From Paraspadella gotoi (Eukaryota > Animalia > Chaetognatha): a DNA stretch of 64,000 nucleotides. Shown here piece after piece: positions 42,329 through 56,231 of this stretch; the first letter of the stretch is position 1, and every line of letters starts with the position of its first letter. Both the position numbers and the translations under genes were made by a program. Under the pieces are notes generated by a model that searched no databases, was not told the DNA's origin, and saw nothing but the letters and a program-made list of their open reading frames with translations. The stretch covers positions 7,870,812 through 7,934,811 of the forward strand of contig CM119270.1 in assembly GCA_051294375.1 (NCBI GenBank), given 5' to 3'.

Positions 42329-42832
42329 TAGATAGAGTAGTAACAAGGAAGTATTAATTTAATTTTATTTCATATTGTTGAATAACATGGAATCCGTAAA
42401 AAACATACATTACATGACGATAAAAAGTGTATATCATACATACATACATAGTTTATTATTTATAAATTGCCGAGTGAATTAGCTTAAGTGGACAGTAAGC
42501 TGGTTCTCTGCCTGCCACAGGGCGGATCATCTGAGGATCATCTGCTATCCGATGAGTCAATCTGTTGACTAGTAAGTCTCAGTTACTGAGATTTGTACGA
42601 GTAAATAAAACTGTGTCTTTGGCTTCCCAGCCTCGGGTACGCAGAAGGTGTCTCAGTAAAGGAGAGTCAACCTCGGCGATTCTCCCTATTCTTTTATTTC
42701 TTTCTTTTAATCTCACTATTTTTACTTTTATGAAAAAGATTATGTAATTTGCCTTGTTTCACGTTCCTCTATTTTTACTTCAACTTAGCTATGAATGCAT
42801 ATTCTTCTTTTTCTCCGCATCGCCTCTCCTTC

Positions 42833-42878
<46 letters not shown>

Positions 42879-43930
42879 AAGTTTGACGTCGGTCGAGAAG
42901 GAGAGAAGCGGAGGACAGCGGACGTCGAGGAAGTGACGGGAGGAGAAAGGGGAGAGAATCTGGGGAGAAGAGATGAGAGCGGATNNNNNNNNNNNNNNNN
43001 NNNNNNNNNNNNNNNNNNNNNNNNNNNNNNNNNNNNNNNNNNNNNNNNNNNNNNNNNNNNNNNNNNNNNNNNNNNNNNNNNNNNNNNNNNNNNNNNNNNN
43101 NNNNNNNNNNNNNNNNNNNNNNNNNNNNNNNNNNNNNNNNNNNNNNNNNNNNNNNNNNNNNNNNNNNNNNNNNNNNNNNNNNNNNNNNNNNNNNNNNNNN
43201 NNNNNNNNNNNNNNNNNNNNNNNNNNNNNNNNNNNNNNNNNNNNNNNNNNNNNNNNNNNNNNNNNNNNNNNNNNNNNNNNNNNNNNNNNNNNNNNNNNNN
43301 NNNNNNNNNNNNNNNNNNNNNNNNNNNNNNNNNNNNNNNNNNNNNNNNNNNNNNNNNNNNNNNNNNNNNNNNNNNNNNNNNNNNNNNNNNNNNNNNNNNN
43401 NNNNNNNNNNNNNNNNNNNNNNNNNNNNNNNNNAATTGTTCAAAAAAAGAAGTGAAAGTGTGGCGGAATAAGCAAAAGGAAATGTAGTGAAAAAATGTAG
43501 GAAAAATGTTTAAAAAGTAGATTTTTTTAAACACATAAAATCTAAGACGGGGAAAAAATTTCAGTGAAAAATTGTGCGGAAAAAGACGAGAAAAAAATCC
43601 TGATGTGAAATGCGAAGCGCAAACTTACCAATAAAAAAAAAGACGAAAAAGAAAAAAGCTTCTATTTTTTTTCTCCGTAAGTACTAAGGAACTCGGTAAA
43701 TGCGCACTCGTTATCGGCGTATACGTTTTATGAGAACTCGTTATAGACGAACTCGTTATATGGGCGAACTCGTTAGGTACGACCGCAGCATCGGCAATAT
43801 CCCCTTTTTTCGATATTTCGAGTCCACTTCTCTTTTTTGTCGCCATGGACCTCGAGATAAGGTTTCGTCCCTTACGCATTTCGTCAAAGACTTTTCCCCT
43901 CTTACCCCTCTCTCTTCTGTCTCTCTCCCT

Positions 43931-44069
<139 letters not shown>

Positions 44070-44071
44070 CC

Positions 44072-44112
<41 letters not shown>

Positions 44113-44134
44113 CTCTCTCCCTCTCAACTTCTCT

Positions 44135-44180
<46 letters not shown>

Positions 44181-46374
44181 CTCTCTTCTGCTCTCTCTCT
44201 CTCTCTCTCTCTCTCTGAAGGCATATGGTTTGACTTTCCCTTCACTATCTCGGACGCTGATTTGGTCCATCCGGCGGACTCAGCCGCGGACTTTCCTCGG
44301 CGGCCGTCGGAGTAAAAGTTCGCGCCCCTGATCGGCTCGTCTTTGCCAGCGAAGGAAGAGATTTCTTCCTTCTCTCTTCTGTTTTTCGCTCCTCTTCATC
44401 CTCATTCGCGTCCTTTACTCTCGAAATTTCGGTGAGAAAATTTATGATTTCTCGCTGGAGAAAATAAAACTTTTTCTCAAATGTTGCAATTTTTAAAAAA
44501 GGGGGAAAACTAACTTGAACGCTTGCAATATTTTTTCTTCAATACGCCATAGATGTTTTTTGAATAAAAAAAAAGTAAAATAAAAAATTATTTTTTTCAT
44601 GTCCATATTAAAAAGTTTAAAAATGTAATTTTAATGAAGATTAAAAATATCAAAAGGGTATTTTTTTTCCTATAACATTAAATAATAATTATGCTGTTAA
44701 GCCTTAATTCAGGTTACTTCTCTCGCCAGTCTGCACTCTGCGTGCAAGTTTTCACTGTCTGTTTGTCTGGGAATGCTTGAAAGTGTTTAGAGAGGGTCGA
44801 TTCGAAAAAAGCCCACGGACCCTAAAAGTTTAAAACAAAAGTTTCTTCAATAAATGACCCATCCAGACCTGCTTTTATTCAGTGCTGTCCCAATGGTACT
44901 GTTCAGTTAAGAAAAGCTTACTGCCTCTATACCAGATCGAAAAACTTTTAATTCATATAATGAATATGCGCGATAGTATGGAACCATTTTATAGGATAGC
45001 TAAATTTTAAAATTGAAAAAGAAAACTCCTTAGTTATTACAATAAAGCAATTTGCGTTTTTTGAAAAAAAAAATTTTAGCGATTTTTTTTTTAATTTTAA
45101 ATAATATAATTTTATGTATTATTTATTCAAATATTTTTTATAATATTGTTAAATAATGTTTTTAAATATTTTCTTTAGACAGGACAGTAAAAGAAATACC
45201 TCACTATTTTTATCTCCAGAGCTTTATAATGCAGTATCCTTATTTTTTTTAAAATTAATAAACTTACCTTGTTCATATTACTTTTTTAGAATTGATATAA
45301 TTGATAATTTACTTGAATAAACAATAGCAACCATTTTGGTTGTGGCTTAAATGATTCAATCGCTCACAACTTTCAATAATAAAATTTAAATAATAAAATT
45401 ATTAGCATGTTTTTTATATTTTTTTAAACTTTTTTTATATTTGTTTATTCTTTTTTATTAAGGACTTTATTTTATCCAAATTAAAATTTAAATATTTATA
45501 ATCTATTTAATATTTTTTACATAATTTTTGTAATAAAAATTTATTTTAAAGTAAAAAAAGCAAAAGAAAAATTTATTATAAATTGAGTTTCGAAATAGAG
45601 TATCATAAATTGGATAAGAACTTATCTTTGAACATTGTTATCTCAGAAGAAATAACATTTTTCGCCACAATATGTAAGTTATATAAGGTTAACCGACAGG
45701 TACCATAGGATCACCACTGTATGTATGGTAACACGCGTTAAGTTCTTTTTACTATTTAAAATTATTAAAATATACCGCGTAATGACTTTCATTCCATATC
45801 ATTTCGACTCAGCTTTTGGAATATATTTGTTAACTGGGCCATGAAATAACCCTAAAAAAAGCAAAAAGTATTTGATAAAGAGATACATTATTATTGCCGT
45901 ATTGACTGATGAATTTTTTCAAAAAATTTGTTATATAACTTTTTAAATTATTTCAAGCATTGATAAAATGAACCAAAAAATATATTACAACTTATAAAAT
46001 ATTAAATGTACAACCAATAATAAAAATTATCCATTCATTGATAAATCTTTAATTAACTTTGTTTATTTTGGATTAATAAGGGAAAATTATTGTAAAAGAG
46101 TGAAAAGCCCAAAAAAAACTAAAGAGAAACTTTAGGCTAGAGAAGAGAAGAAAAGAGCTCGGGTACTTTTCGGCGAGTCTTTCGCACCCTCAACCCCGCG
46201 ACGATCGCCCGTAGGTAGAGAAAGAAGAGGATATCTCGCTCATTTGTCGAGAGTCACCGACGCGGATGACCTCCGACCTTCGACCGGCTGGTAAGAGAGA
46301 GAGGAGCGGAAAGAGGAGGAAGCCTTTTTGCCGTTCACCCCGCGCTCGGTCGATTTGTCGACCAATCCCCATGC

Positions 46375-47192
<818 letters not shown>

Positions 47193-47211
47193 TTCCACGC
47201 CCCTCAACCAG

Positions 47212-47345
47212 GCGACCGCATTCTCCGCATCAACGGCGCCGACGTCTCAGAGTCCCCGCGAGATCACGTGATCGACGCGATTCGCGGCTGCGAGGAAAGG
47301 ATCATGCTGACTGTTTCTCAGCCGGCCATCATGAAGACTGTGCAG
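47212..47345 (+). CDS. FRMPD4: PDZ domain, second half, FRMPD1/3/4-type
   Basis: (G)DRILRINGADVSESPRDHVIDAIRGCEERIMLTVSQPAIMKTVQ matches recalled FRMPD4 [38 protein letters not shown]. Bounded by caaccAG| and CAG|GTGAAG. Confidence 0.9.
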
Positions 47346-47847
47346 GTGAAGATACCGTCAATCAGCGTCGTGAAGACTGTGCTGGTTAAGTCGGGAATGT
47401 TTAGAGAGAAAAAAAAAATGACTGGCGGCCATTTTAAATTATGTTCTAGTAGTGGTAGTTTGTTTGAGATGTCTGTGAATTTCCTTTTAAGAAGCGTAAT
47501 GAATTCCAAACAAAATAAGAAAATAATTTGACAATAAGCCAAAACTAAAAAACAAAAACAAGGAAAAAGCTCTAGCCAAAAAGTAGATTAGCCAATAGCC
47601 ATGAAACAAACAAATAAGTCAATTATGCGAACCTCCGGCAATTCTATCCAATTCTATCAAATTATATAAAGTAAATTCGATTAAAAAACTTTATCTAAAG
47701 GTTAGTCATATTAATAAGGGGGCAAAAAGTCTGTGAAAGGAACAGTAAACTATGAAGACTCGTTAGGGAAGTTAGGGATGTCTGAAAAAAGGCCGTTCGA
47801 AATACTTCAGAGGTACATTAAGGTTGTCTAAAGAAAAAGAATGATAT

Positions 47848-47950
47848 CTTTTTTAAATCTTCTTTAAATCTTTTTTCAAATCTATTTTAAATCTTTTTTC
47901 AAATCTATTTTAAATCTTTTTTCAAATCTTTTTTAAATCTTTTTTAAATC
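47848..47950 (+). repeat. 11-12-bp minisatellite (aaatcttttttc) upstream of acceptor 47970
   Basis: Directly visible. Confidence 0.85.
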
Positions 47951-47970
47951 CTCTCATCTTCCTTCTTCAG

Positions 47971-48167
47971 TCGTTGGATCGCAACGGAGGCCGGCTGCAC
48001 GACTTTCCTCACGTCAACGGTGGCGCCAGTCCCCGACGGGGAACAAGCAATGCCGGAACCAATCAGACGGGAACCAATCAGAAATCCTCGTTCATGACGG
48101 AGGGAAGAAGATCGTCGAGGTTTAAATCCAAAGGACCCTTGAGGAGCCAATGCGTTCACAGAGTCAG
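47971..48167 (+). CDS. FRMPD4: PDZ-FERM linker exon of FRMPD-like gene
   Basis: cttcttcAG| acceptor, phase 0 as required. Ends KSSFMTEGRRSSRFKSKGPLRSQCVHRVR, resembling the FRMPD motif [22 protein letters not shown]. Donor AG|GTTTGG. Confidence 0.8.
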
Positions 48168-48974
48168 GTTTGGGCGTCGTTGTTGTTACTGTTGATGTCC
48201 CGGTTGTTGTTGTTGTTGTTGTTTTTGTTGTTGTAGGAAATACTAACACTTGATTTCCCGTCAACCTTTCAACTTCAGCTTCAGAAATCAAGAAANNNNN
48301 NNNNNNNNNNNNNNNNNNNNNNNNNNNNNNNNNNNNNNNNNNNNNNNNNNNNNNNNNNNNNNNNNNNNNNNNNNNNNNNNNNNNNNNNNNNNNNNNNNNN
48401 NNNNNNNGCGCGTTTTATCTGCATTTCCATTTCCTTTATTTTTTCTTTTGCAACTTTCCATCGCAACATTTTCACACTTTTCATTTTTTTCCTATTTTGT
48501 TTTCTTTTTCTCTTTTTCCTTTTGAATTTGATTCTTTTTTTTGGCCAACACCTAATTGAGTCTTTTAGGAGTTTTATTTTTACCTATTCTTTGTTCTTTT
48601 CTTATATCTTTCTTGCTACCTCCTTTTTTTTGCCTTTTTTATTTCAATCGGTTATTTCAAACGAAACTATTTTTTTCTCGCCTGCCCCTTTGAGATTTTC
48701 TAGACTTTCTTTTTCTTCATCTTCTTCAAAGTCTAAGATAACTTTCTCTTTATAAAATATACTATGCACTATACTATACTATATAATATACACGATTCCA
48801 TTATCCTTTAAAATATTTTCCATTACACCCCTTCTCTCTTCTTTTTCTTTCTTTTCCTCCTTTTCTTTCCTCCTTATCTCCTCTTTTGTCTCCGACTTTT
48901 TACTTATTTTTTGTCCCCAACTTTTATTTCCTACGACGGAATCCGAAGATTAAAAACTGTGAAAAGGAGAAAAG

Positions 48975-49205
48975 ATGAGAGGAGAGAGGAAAAGAAAAGA
49001 GGGGAGGAGAGAAGAAAATAAAAGAGGGGAGGAGAGAGGAAAAGAAAAGAGGGGAGGAGAGAGGAAAAGAAAAGAGGGGAAGAGAGAGGAAAAGAAAAGA
49101 AGGGAGGAGAGAGGAAAAGAAAATAGGGGAAGAGAGAGGAAAAGAAAAGAAGGGAGGAGAGAGGAAAATAAAAGAGGGGAAGTAGGAAAGAAAAAGGAGG
49201 AAGAG
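48975..49205 (+). repeat. ~25-bp purine minisatellite (agagaggaaaagaaaagaggggagg)
   Basis: Directly visible. Confidence 0.85.
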
Positions 49206-49331
49206 TGAGAAAGTAGGAAGAAAGTTGGTGGGAAGAGGCAAAAGGTGGGAAACTTCAATACAAAATAATAATTTGAATTAAAAAAAAAAAAGACATGATC
49301 AGTAAGTTTGGTTAAGTTTGAAAATTAAAAG

Positions 49332-49655
49332 AACAAGAACGGCAATTCCAATGTGTTGCGCCGCAGTAACTTTATTTTTACGTGTATTTCCCATTTTTAA
49401 ACTTTTGTATTTATGAAAGGAACTGCATCAAAATCCGTCTTTTATTCCTAATAGTTTTAGGAATTCCCAAAGGCGGCGCGAGCAGTTCCTTTTTTTCTGC
49501 CTTAACAAATGAGCAACTAACTATAGGTAAATTATATTCATTTTTAACGTAAGTGGGACAGACCGACGGACAGACAAACCGACCAACCAACGGGCCAACC
49601 GACAGACCGACCGACCGAAAAGTGACTCCGCGAATACTCGCGGCGCCATTCAAAA
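49332..49655 (-). mobile_element. Family B Helentron/DINE-like element, copy 2
   Basis: Reverse complement shares actcgcg, agtcactttt, the GTCG/GTCT microsatellite, ctgtcccactta, tgctcatttgtta, cgccgcctt, gatgcagt and ccgttcttgtt with copy 1. Confidence 0.6.
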
Positions 49656-50041
49656 GACGAAGTGTGAAGAGAAAGTTTATGTGGAATGAAAGGGAAATAT
49701 GAGACGCAAAAAACAAAAGACAACTGCCGAAAAAAGAAATTAGATGGAAGGCGGGAAATAAAAAGAAGAAGATATTTTTTATGATCTTTTCGGAGCCAAA
49801 ATGTCGCGCGGAGAAAATCGGGTGTGAGAGTGGACACTCAGATACGGAATCTTAGGGATGTAATATTAAGAAGAAGATTTTAAGAAAAATGAAAATGTTA
49901 TACCTTGATATTTTTTTTATATGGCGGTAAAGTTAAATTTCATTTCCTTCGATTTAAGATTTTTATGGTTTTTAACGCCGGTGACGCCCCAGCCCCGCCG
50001 CCGCTGTTGCTGGTACCGTCGCCGCCACCGCCACCGCCGAC

Positions 50042-50073
<32 letters not shown>

Positions 50074-50276
50074 CTTAGCTGACTTCGTTGTCTCAATCCT
50101 TATCTCCGTTGCTTTATTGGATTTTTCATTCTTTTGACCTTGTACTCTCTGTCTCCCTCTCTCCCTTTTTCTCTTTCTCTCTCTCACGGGACGTTCACAC
50201 CTTTTATTCGAGTTCCTTTGCAGACGAATTTTCACCTCCAGGTTTAATCTTTTCATCCTTTCTTGAACTTATTATT

Positions 50277-50351
<75 letters not shown>

Positions 50352-50436
50352 ATTTTCGTCCCTTCATTTCCCACGACTTCCTCTTCTGATGGAAGAGCCA
50401 AGCCTAAGGAATTTTTTTGTTCCCATGTCAGCTATC

Positions 50437-50470
<34 letters not shown>

Positions 50471-50476
50471 CTCTCT

Positions 50477-50549
<73 letters not shown>

Positions 50550-51266
50550 CGTCTGTCATTCAGTCCATCGATCTCGCCATATTCACGCGCGCCAGTGTTT
50601 TGTGTTTCCGACGCGTGACTGTCTCTCTGAGATACCGACTCCCGAAGCTTCTGCCTTTTTTCGTCCATCACTCCATTACTTGGTTATTTACTTATTTATT
50701 ATTATTATTGCATTTTTCTTTCTTTTCGTGACGTTATATAGCTATTATTCACGAATTTCTCTCCTCCACAGCACGATATTCTAGCTATTTCGGTTTAGCG
50801 ATAATAACCATCATTGCGAACGCAAGTTGACTCACGACAGTCCAAACGTCACGTCCCGATTGTCACCAGCCAACGGTCCCAAACTTGCGTGACCATAGCT
50901 TCACCAAGACGCCATATTTGTTCGATAGTGACGCCGCCTTTTTTTTCGGCGTCGTCACGAAAAGAGAAAAAAAAAGCTCGGAGCACGGTCGCGAATCGCG
51001 CGAGATTAATTCTCTGCTTATTTATGTCCGCGCACGAATTGTGGATTTGCTGTAAACAAAAAGCTCGGAGAGCGAGGAAAGGACAACCGAAAGAAAAAAA
51101 AACAAAAGAAAAGAAAACAAGAAAAAAATAGAAAAAAAACAAGAAAGAAAACAAAGCCGGAGTAACAAACCGCTTCGCACTCGATTTCCTCCTTTAATTT
51201 CTGGTTCATAACCGACCGGGCGCCCGTCGGAATTTTAACGCATGCGGGGGTAAATCGCGACAAGCG

Positions 51267-51300
<34 letters not shown>

Positions 51301-52030
51301 TGATGGATATGATGATGATGATTGATGATGATGATGATGATGATGACGACGATGATGATGATGATTGACGACGATGATGACGATGATGATGATGATGATA
51401 ATAAGGTCGACATCGACGAGAATGTTAAAAATAATTATAATGTCGATTATTTCTAAGAAAAGGTAAAAAAAAAAGAACAACGACGACGAACGAAAAAAAA
51501 AAGTGGAAAAAAAATATGAAAAAGGAAACAACGACGGCGAACAATTAGACGAGTTCGGAACGGCGCCGGCGCCAACCTTAATTAACGATCGCAATTAGGC
51601 CCGCGTTTCGCGTAATGTATCAGAAAATCGCCCGCCGGCCGCCGCCGCCGCCGCCGCCGCCGCCGCTACTTCAGCCGCCGGACTCGCCGCTGATTTACGC
51701 CAAGGGTTTTTTTGTGGATGAGGTGGTGTCTCATGGTGTGGGTGGCTGAGTGTTTTGTTTCACACGGAGGAAGGAGAAATAAATAATAATGAAAATAAAA
51801 CAAAAAATAACGATAATATCCCAAATTAATCTAGTATTTATTACGCTCTGTAAATATTCCATTTACAAAATCCCATTATACCATGACCATCCCAGCATCC
51901 CGCAATTCTCCCGCCTGGGTTCTATTCCCGGACGTCGCCACACGCCATCACTGCGCCACATGAGCGACTCCGTCACTGCGTCACGCCCTTTACCCTTTCA
52001 CAGCGTCACTGCATCAGCCCTGACACCCTT

Positions 52031-52144
52031 TCACTGCGTCACCGCCGTCCGCATGAAGGAGGGAAATTCTCGTTCGCTGAGAAATGTGGCGGAGTGACCG
52101 GTGGAGCCGATGCTGAGGTGGTTGGTCTTGAGGTCGATCGTGCA
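52031..52144 (-). CDS. DDI1: DDI1/DDI2 protease C-terminal exon (ends at in-frame TGA unless spliced further)
   Basis: tttcccAG| acceptor, phase 0. CTIDLKTNHLSIGSTGHSATFLSEREFPSFMRTAVTQ* matches recalled [28 protein letters not shown]. Confidence 0.9.
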   Translation of the reverse strand, partial: CTIDLKTNHLSIGSTGHSATFLSEREFPSFMRTAVTQ

Positions 52145-52147
52145 CTG

Positions 52148-52425
52148 GGAAATGGCAGAGGAGGTGGTAAAAATGGCGGAGGAGATGGTTCAAATGGCAG
52201 AGGTGATGGTAGAAATGGCGGAAGAGATGATAGAAATGGCGGAGGTGACAAAAATGGCGGAGGAGGTGGTAAAAATGACAAAAGAGATGGTTGAAATAGC
52301 AGAGGATATGGTAGAAATGGCGGGGGAGATGGTAGAAATGGCATAGGAGATGGTAGAAGTGACAGAGAATATAGCCGGGGAAGATTGAGGATGACGAAAA
52401 TGACAGAGAAGTCAGTAGAAATGGT
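52148..52425 (-). repeat. 21-bp minisatellite in DDI1 intron abutting the acceptor
   Basis: + strand units such as gaaatggcggaggagatggta, about 12 copies. Confidence 0.9.
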
Positions 52426-52445
52426 TATATTTTTTAAGTATTATT

Positions 52446-52584
<139 letters not shown>

Positions 52585-52755
52585 CTCTGTCTATCTGTCT
52601 TTATATCTATCTATTTAGAAGAAGGTGAATGAAGAGGGGGTAATAGACACGCGCTGGCCGATCGCATTTCATGCTGTCATCCATTTCCCGTCTTTATCAC
52701 ATCATGTTCGCCAATCGCCAACCATGCAATCCTCCGACGGAGGTTCTCCGTCCAC

Positions 52756-52898
52756 CTGATGCCGCCGCAGCATGTCCAGCCCCAGCAGCATCTCGATGGG
52801 CTGCAGCTCCAGCACGGACATCGACGCGGGCAGAAAGTCTTCTCCGATCTGGAGTTCGCACAAGTGGATGCGGCCGAGGATGCGGCAAGAGCCTACGC
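52756..52898 (-). CDS. DDI1: DDI1/DDI2 retroviral-like aspartic protease domain exon
   Basis: [48 protein letters not shown] matches recalled DDI1/2 [48 protein letters not shown]. Bounded by ttccacAG| and CAG|GTGGAC. Absent from the supplied ORF track. Confidence 0.92.
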
Positions 52899-53286
52899 CT
52901 GTGGAAACGTGGGGTGTGGAGGAGAGATAATGAGGTTGAAGGATTTGACTGAAAAATTGTTGGTTAAATCAAAATTTGTTTTGTTATATTTGTTATTGTC
53001 GTTGTTTTCGTTTGTTTAAATGTTATTCCGATTGCGCATTGCCCCTTTTTTTTGTTTAGAAAAGAAAAGGTTTTATAGTAAAAAAAAATATTATGGTGAT
53101 TTTTTTGCGCCGATTTTTCTTGAATAAATAAAAAAATAAATATTTTGACTGAAAAAGGTTTTCGATAAAAAAAATTGGATGGGTCCGCCTGAAGGGTCTC
53201 CCAAAGGGTCGCAAGAAAGCGGCAGAATTAATCGGATATTGGATGCCGNNNNNNNNNNNNNNNNNNNNNNNNNCTAGGCCTCCTCG

Positions 53287-53365
<79 letters not shown>

Positions 53366-53639
53366 TCTGCTCTCCTCTCTCTCTCTCTCTCTCTCTCTTT
53401 CGAGGACTTTTTTATTGGTTCTATCCACGCCCCAAAGAAAAAAAAAGAGCAAAATTCTATATTTTCGACCACTAAATTTGAAATTATGCAGTTAAATTTT
53501 TGTTTACTTTTCGTGTTTTTATGTCTTATTTATTCTTTAATTTTTTTTAATGGTTATTTTCTTTGTGCTCAGGCTTTTCGTTTTATGTACTTGCCTAAAA
53601 AAAAAGCAAAATTCATAGATTGAACTTTTACAAATTACC

Positions 53640-54780
53640 ACTGGTGTCAGGTTGAGATATAGTCATCTCCCAAATCCTTCGCCCGCGGGGTGGCTCTAGG
53701 GGCAGGCCCCAGGGGGCAGACTATGTCAGGGGGAGCAGCCAAAAATGGTCATTGAGGGGGTGCCCCTAATAGACCTAAAATGTTTGCCCCAGGGGGAACC
53801 CGGGGGCTAAAAAAGTCTGCCCCTGGGGGAACCAATATGGGGGGGAGCAAAAAAGTCTCTCCCCGGGGGCGAGTAAGGAGAGACAAAGTTTAGATAAGAA
53901 AATATACTTATTCTTGACATAATATGTATCCTGAGATATAAGTCTCCACCTGTCTGTTACTCTTTCTCTTCTGCTCTATTCTCTTACATACATCTTTCTT
54001 TCTCTCTCTCTTCTTCTTCTCCTTTTTTCCTTTTTCTTCTTTCTTATCTTTTCTTCTCTCTCATCTTTCTCACTCTCTCACTCAAGAACAATGTTTTAAT
54101 GTAACTAAAAAAATATTTTTTTTTTCAAATTATTATAACCCGTTTTATTCCTGATTTTTATCTAAAAATTAGAATATTTGTATTTTTTAAACTTTAATTA
54201 TTTTATTTAATTAAAAGATATGAAACCAATGTTAGACGTGTCCACAATAAATAATTTTTTTTCCTTTTTTTTTTGGATGGAACATTACTGGGATATGCGA
54301 CATAATATGGTATTGGCGCAGCTATTGGGTTCATTATTGATTAATTGAAGTGAAAAAAATTATTTTTATTATTTTATTTTATAAAAAGATGAAAAAAAAG
54401 AGATAGAGAAAGAGAGATGAGAAGGAAGAGAGAAGGAGAGAAAGAGAGTAGAAAGAAAGGAGAAGAGAAATAGAGAAGGGAGAGAGAGCCGTTCCAGGGG
54501 GCAGGCAAATTCATCCCCTCTGGGGGTAGCCCCCAGGGAAAGGTTTTTCTAGCCTCTGGGGGATCCCTGGAAGTGGCCCTTGGGGCCTAAAAAAGAGGCT
54601 TACAGGGGGCCGCCCCCAGGCCAGTAAGGATTTCTGGCTGCCCCCGGGGCCGCCCGCGGGTCACCCGTCGGCGGGAAGCCGCACAAAACCAAAAACAAAA
54701 ACCCTAGCAGCAGCCCTCTCGGGGGAGGCGATTTCTTGTATTAGCAGATAGACATACTTAGGTCAGGTTTCGTGACTAAA
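53640..54780. mobile_element. Possible foldback/MULE-like non-autonomous element
   Basis: Two GC-rich blocks with repeated GCCCC(A/T)GGGGG motifs (53680-53870 and 54490-54730) flank mirror CT-rich and AG-rich tracts and an AT-rich core. Exact TIRs and TSD not resolved. Confidence 0.4.
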
Positions 54781-55800
54781 ATTTTCAATTTCAGGAACAT
54801 ATTTCTTAGACATATTTTATGTGACATATTATGTTTGTGTAATTATATGTGTGACGCCATTACCTCTGGAGCGGGGAATTTTCCCATTCCATTCGAGGTA
54901 TCTCAATGAGCACTTTTCTGATACTACAGCAATTATTTCTTGAAGGTGGTGAATCAAATCTCTAAGAATCTCAATCATCAGTATCTTTAAATCTTTAAAT
55001 CAACAGAAAGACCACAATCTAAATTTCATCAACGAATCGATATAGATGCTAAACTCACACCAAATATCATATTATATGAGCAGGGACTGATATGACTGCT
55101 GTATGCTCGACAATTATATCATACGCCTCATCTCATGTAGCTAACCAGAGTCAGAAATTCTTGATTCGCCTTTCAGGTAGGATAATTCACGAGATTGACT
55201 TGCGCAAACATTTATTTAGAACAACATTCGGAAATGAAAACAATCAATCATTTCGTCTATATATTCAATACATTTTAGTCATTACTTTACGCAACGTAGC
55301 CATATTATCTAATTCTATTATTTCTCAAACCTTACAATGCTTCTTATTCTGTTTAAAAAACAAGAGCTCGCGGATTATCATTTTCTGAAAAGCAACACTA
55401 AAACTCCAATACATCTATTCACCGCGCGCGTAAAATATCGAGGAGAGCGAAATAATCCAACGCCAACATGCAGATTGTTCGTCGATGTTCTTTTTTCTTT
55501 CGTCCTGAAGGATTTTCCGCATGCTGAAATAATACAGATAAAGCAATAAGTAAGATAAATAAAGAAAGGAATTGAAATTCAATATATTAAAAATAAATTG
55601 ATGAAACGTTAATTTACGATCATCACATGATTAAAAACATTTAAAAAAATCCCAATAGCTAATATGAATTATATACTGAATTAAAGTATTAAGAATTAGG
55701 GAAATCATTGTCATGTCAAATGTCTTAACCCGAATTCTATGTATGATTTCAACTGTCACTCACCTGCCAAATCCCCGTGCCTTACACCACTCGGACTCAC

Positions 55801-56012
55801 GGCTGGAACTTTAGGTACGGGCATGTCGGATTCGAGTCCGTGGCGAAGGGGTTGTTGAAGGGAAAAAGTGAAGTTTGGTCGATTTTACCGAGGACTGGAG
55901 CGAGCGGAGCGGAGGCGCCCCGGCAACGGCGGGGCTCGCTCATCGAGGCGCCGGGAAAAGGAAAGGGCGGCGCCGAAGACCGCGCCTGCCGGACGGAGGA
56001 AGAGATGTTCGC
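55801..56012 (-). CDS. Candidate internal exon of unknown protein
   Basis: GC-rich island bounded by caacAG| and a perfect CC|GTGAGT donor. Only one frame is open (ANISSSVRQARSSAPPFPFPGASMSEPRR...NPTCPYLKFQP). Confidence 0.35.
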
Positions 56013-56168
56013 CTGTTGCGAAACACCGAGGCCTTTGTGAGAAATACATTGGATTTTAGCCATACGAAACCAACTTACAATACAAAAACTCCATTTCGAG
56101 CTAAGCAACTCAATCAATCCAATCAACAACAATCAATTAATTAAGCCATCAACAGACCGACCATCTAC

Positions 56169-56231
56169 CTGAACACAGATAGTGATGCTAAGCCCTGTTT
56201 CTCCTACCCTTCTAACTATTTTTCCCTCCAT
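56169..56231 (-). CDS. Candidate start exon (MEGKIVRRVGETGLSITICVQ)
   Basis: gccacgATGG Kozak-like context and CAG|GTAGAT donor. Phase 0 matches the candidate exon at 56012. Confidence 0.25.

Noticed and set aside
51905-51940. tRNA gene (gggttctattcccggacgtcgcca)
   Set aside because: Only a T-arm/B-box-like fragment; no D arm, anticodon arm or acceptor stem pairing.
52094-52346. EEMVEMA heptad or Gly-rich ORFs as coiled-coil or structural proteins
   Set aside because: 21-bp minisatellite inside the DDI1 intron, on the opposite strand and with internal stops.
52671-53019. + strand ORFs over the GC-rich island
   Set aside because: Antisense shadows of the DDI1 exon.
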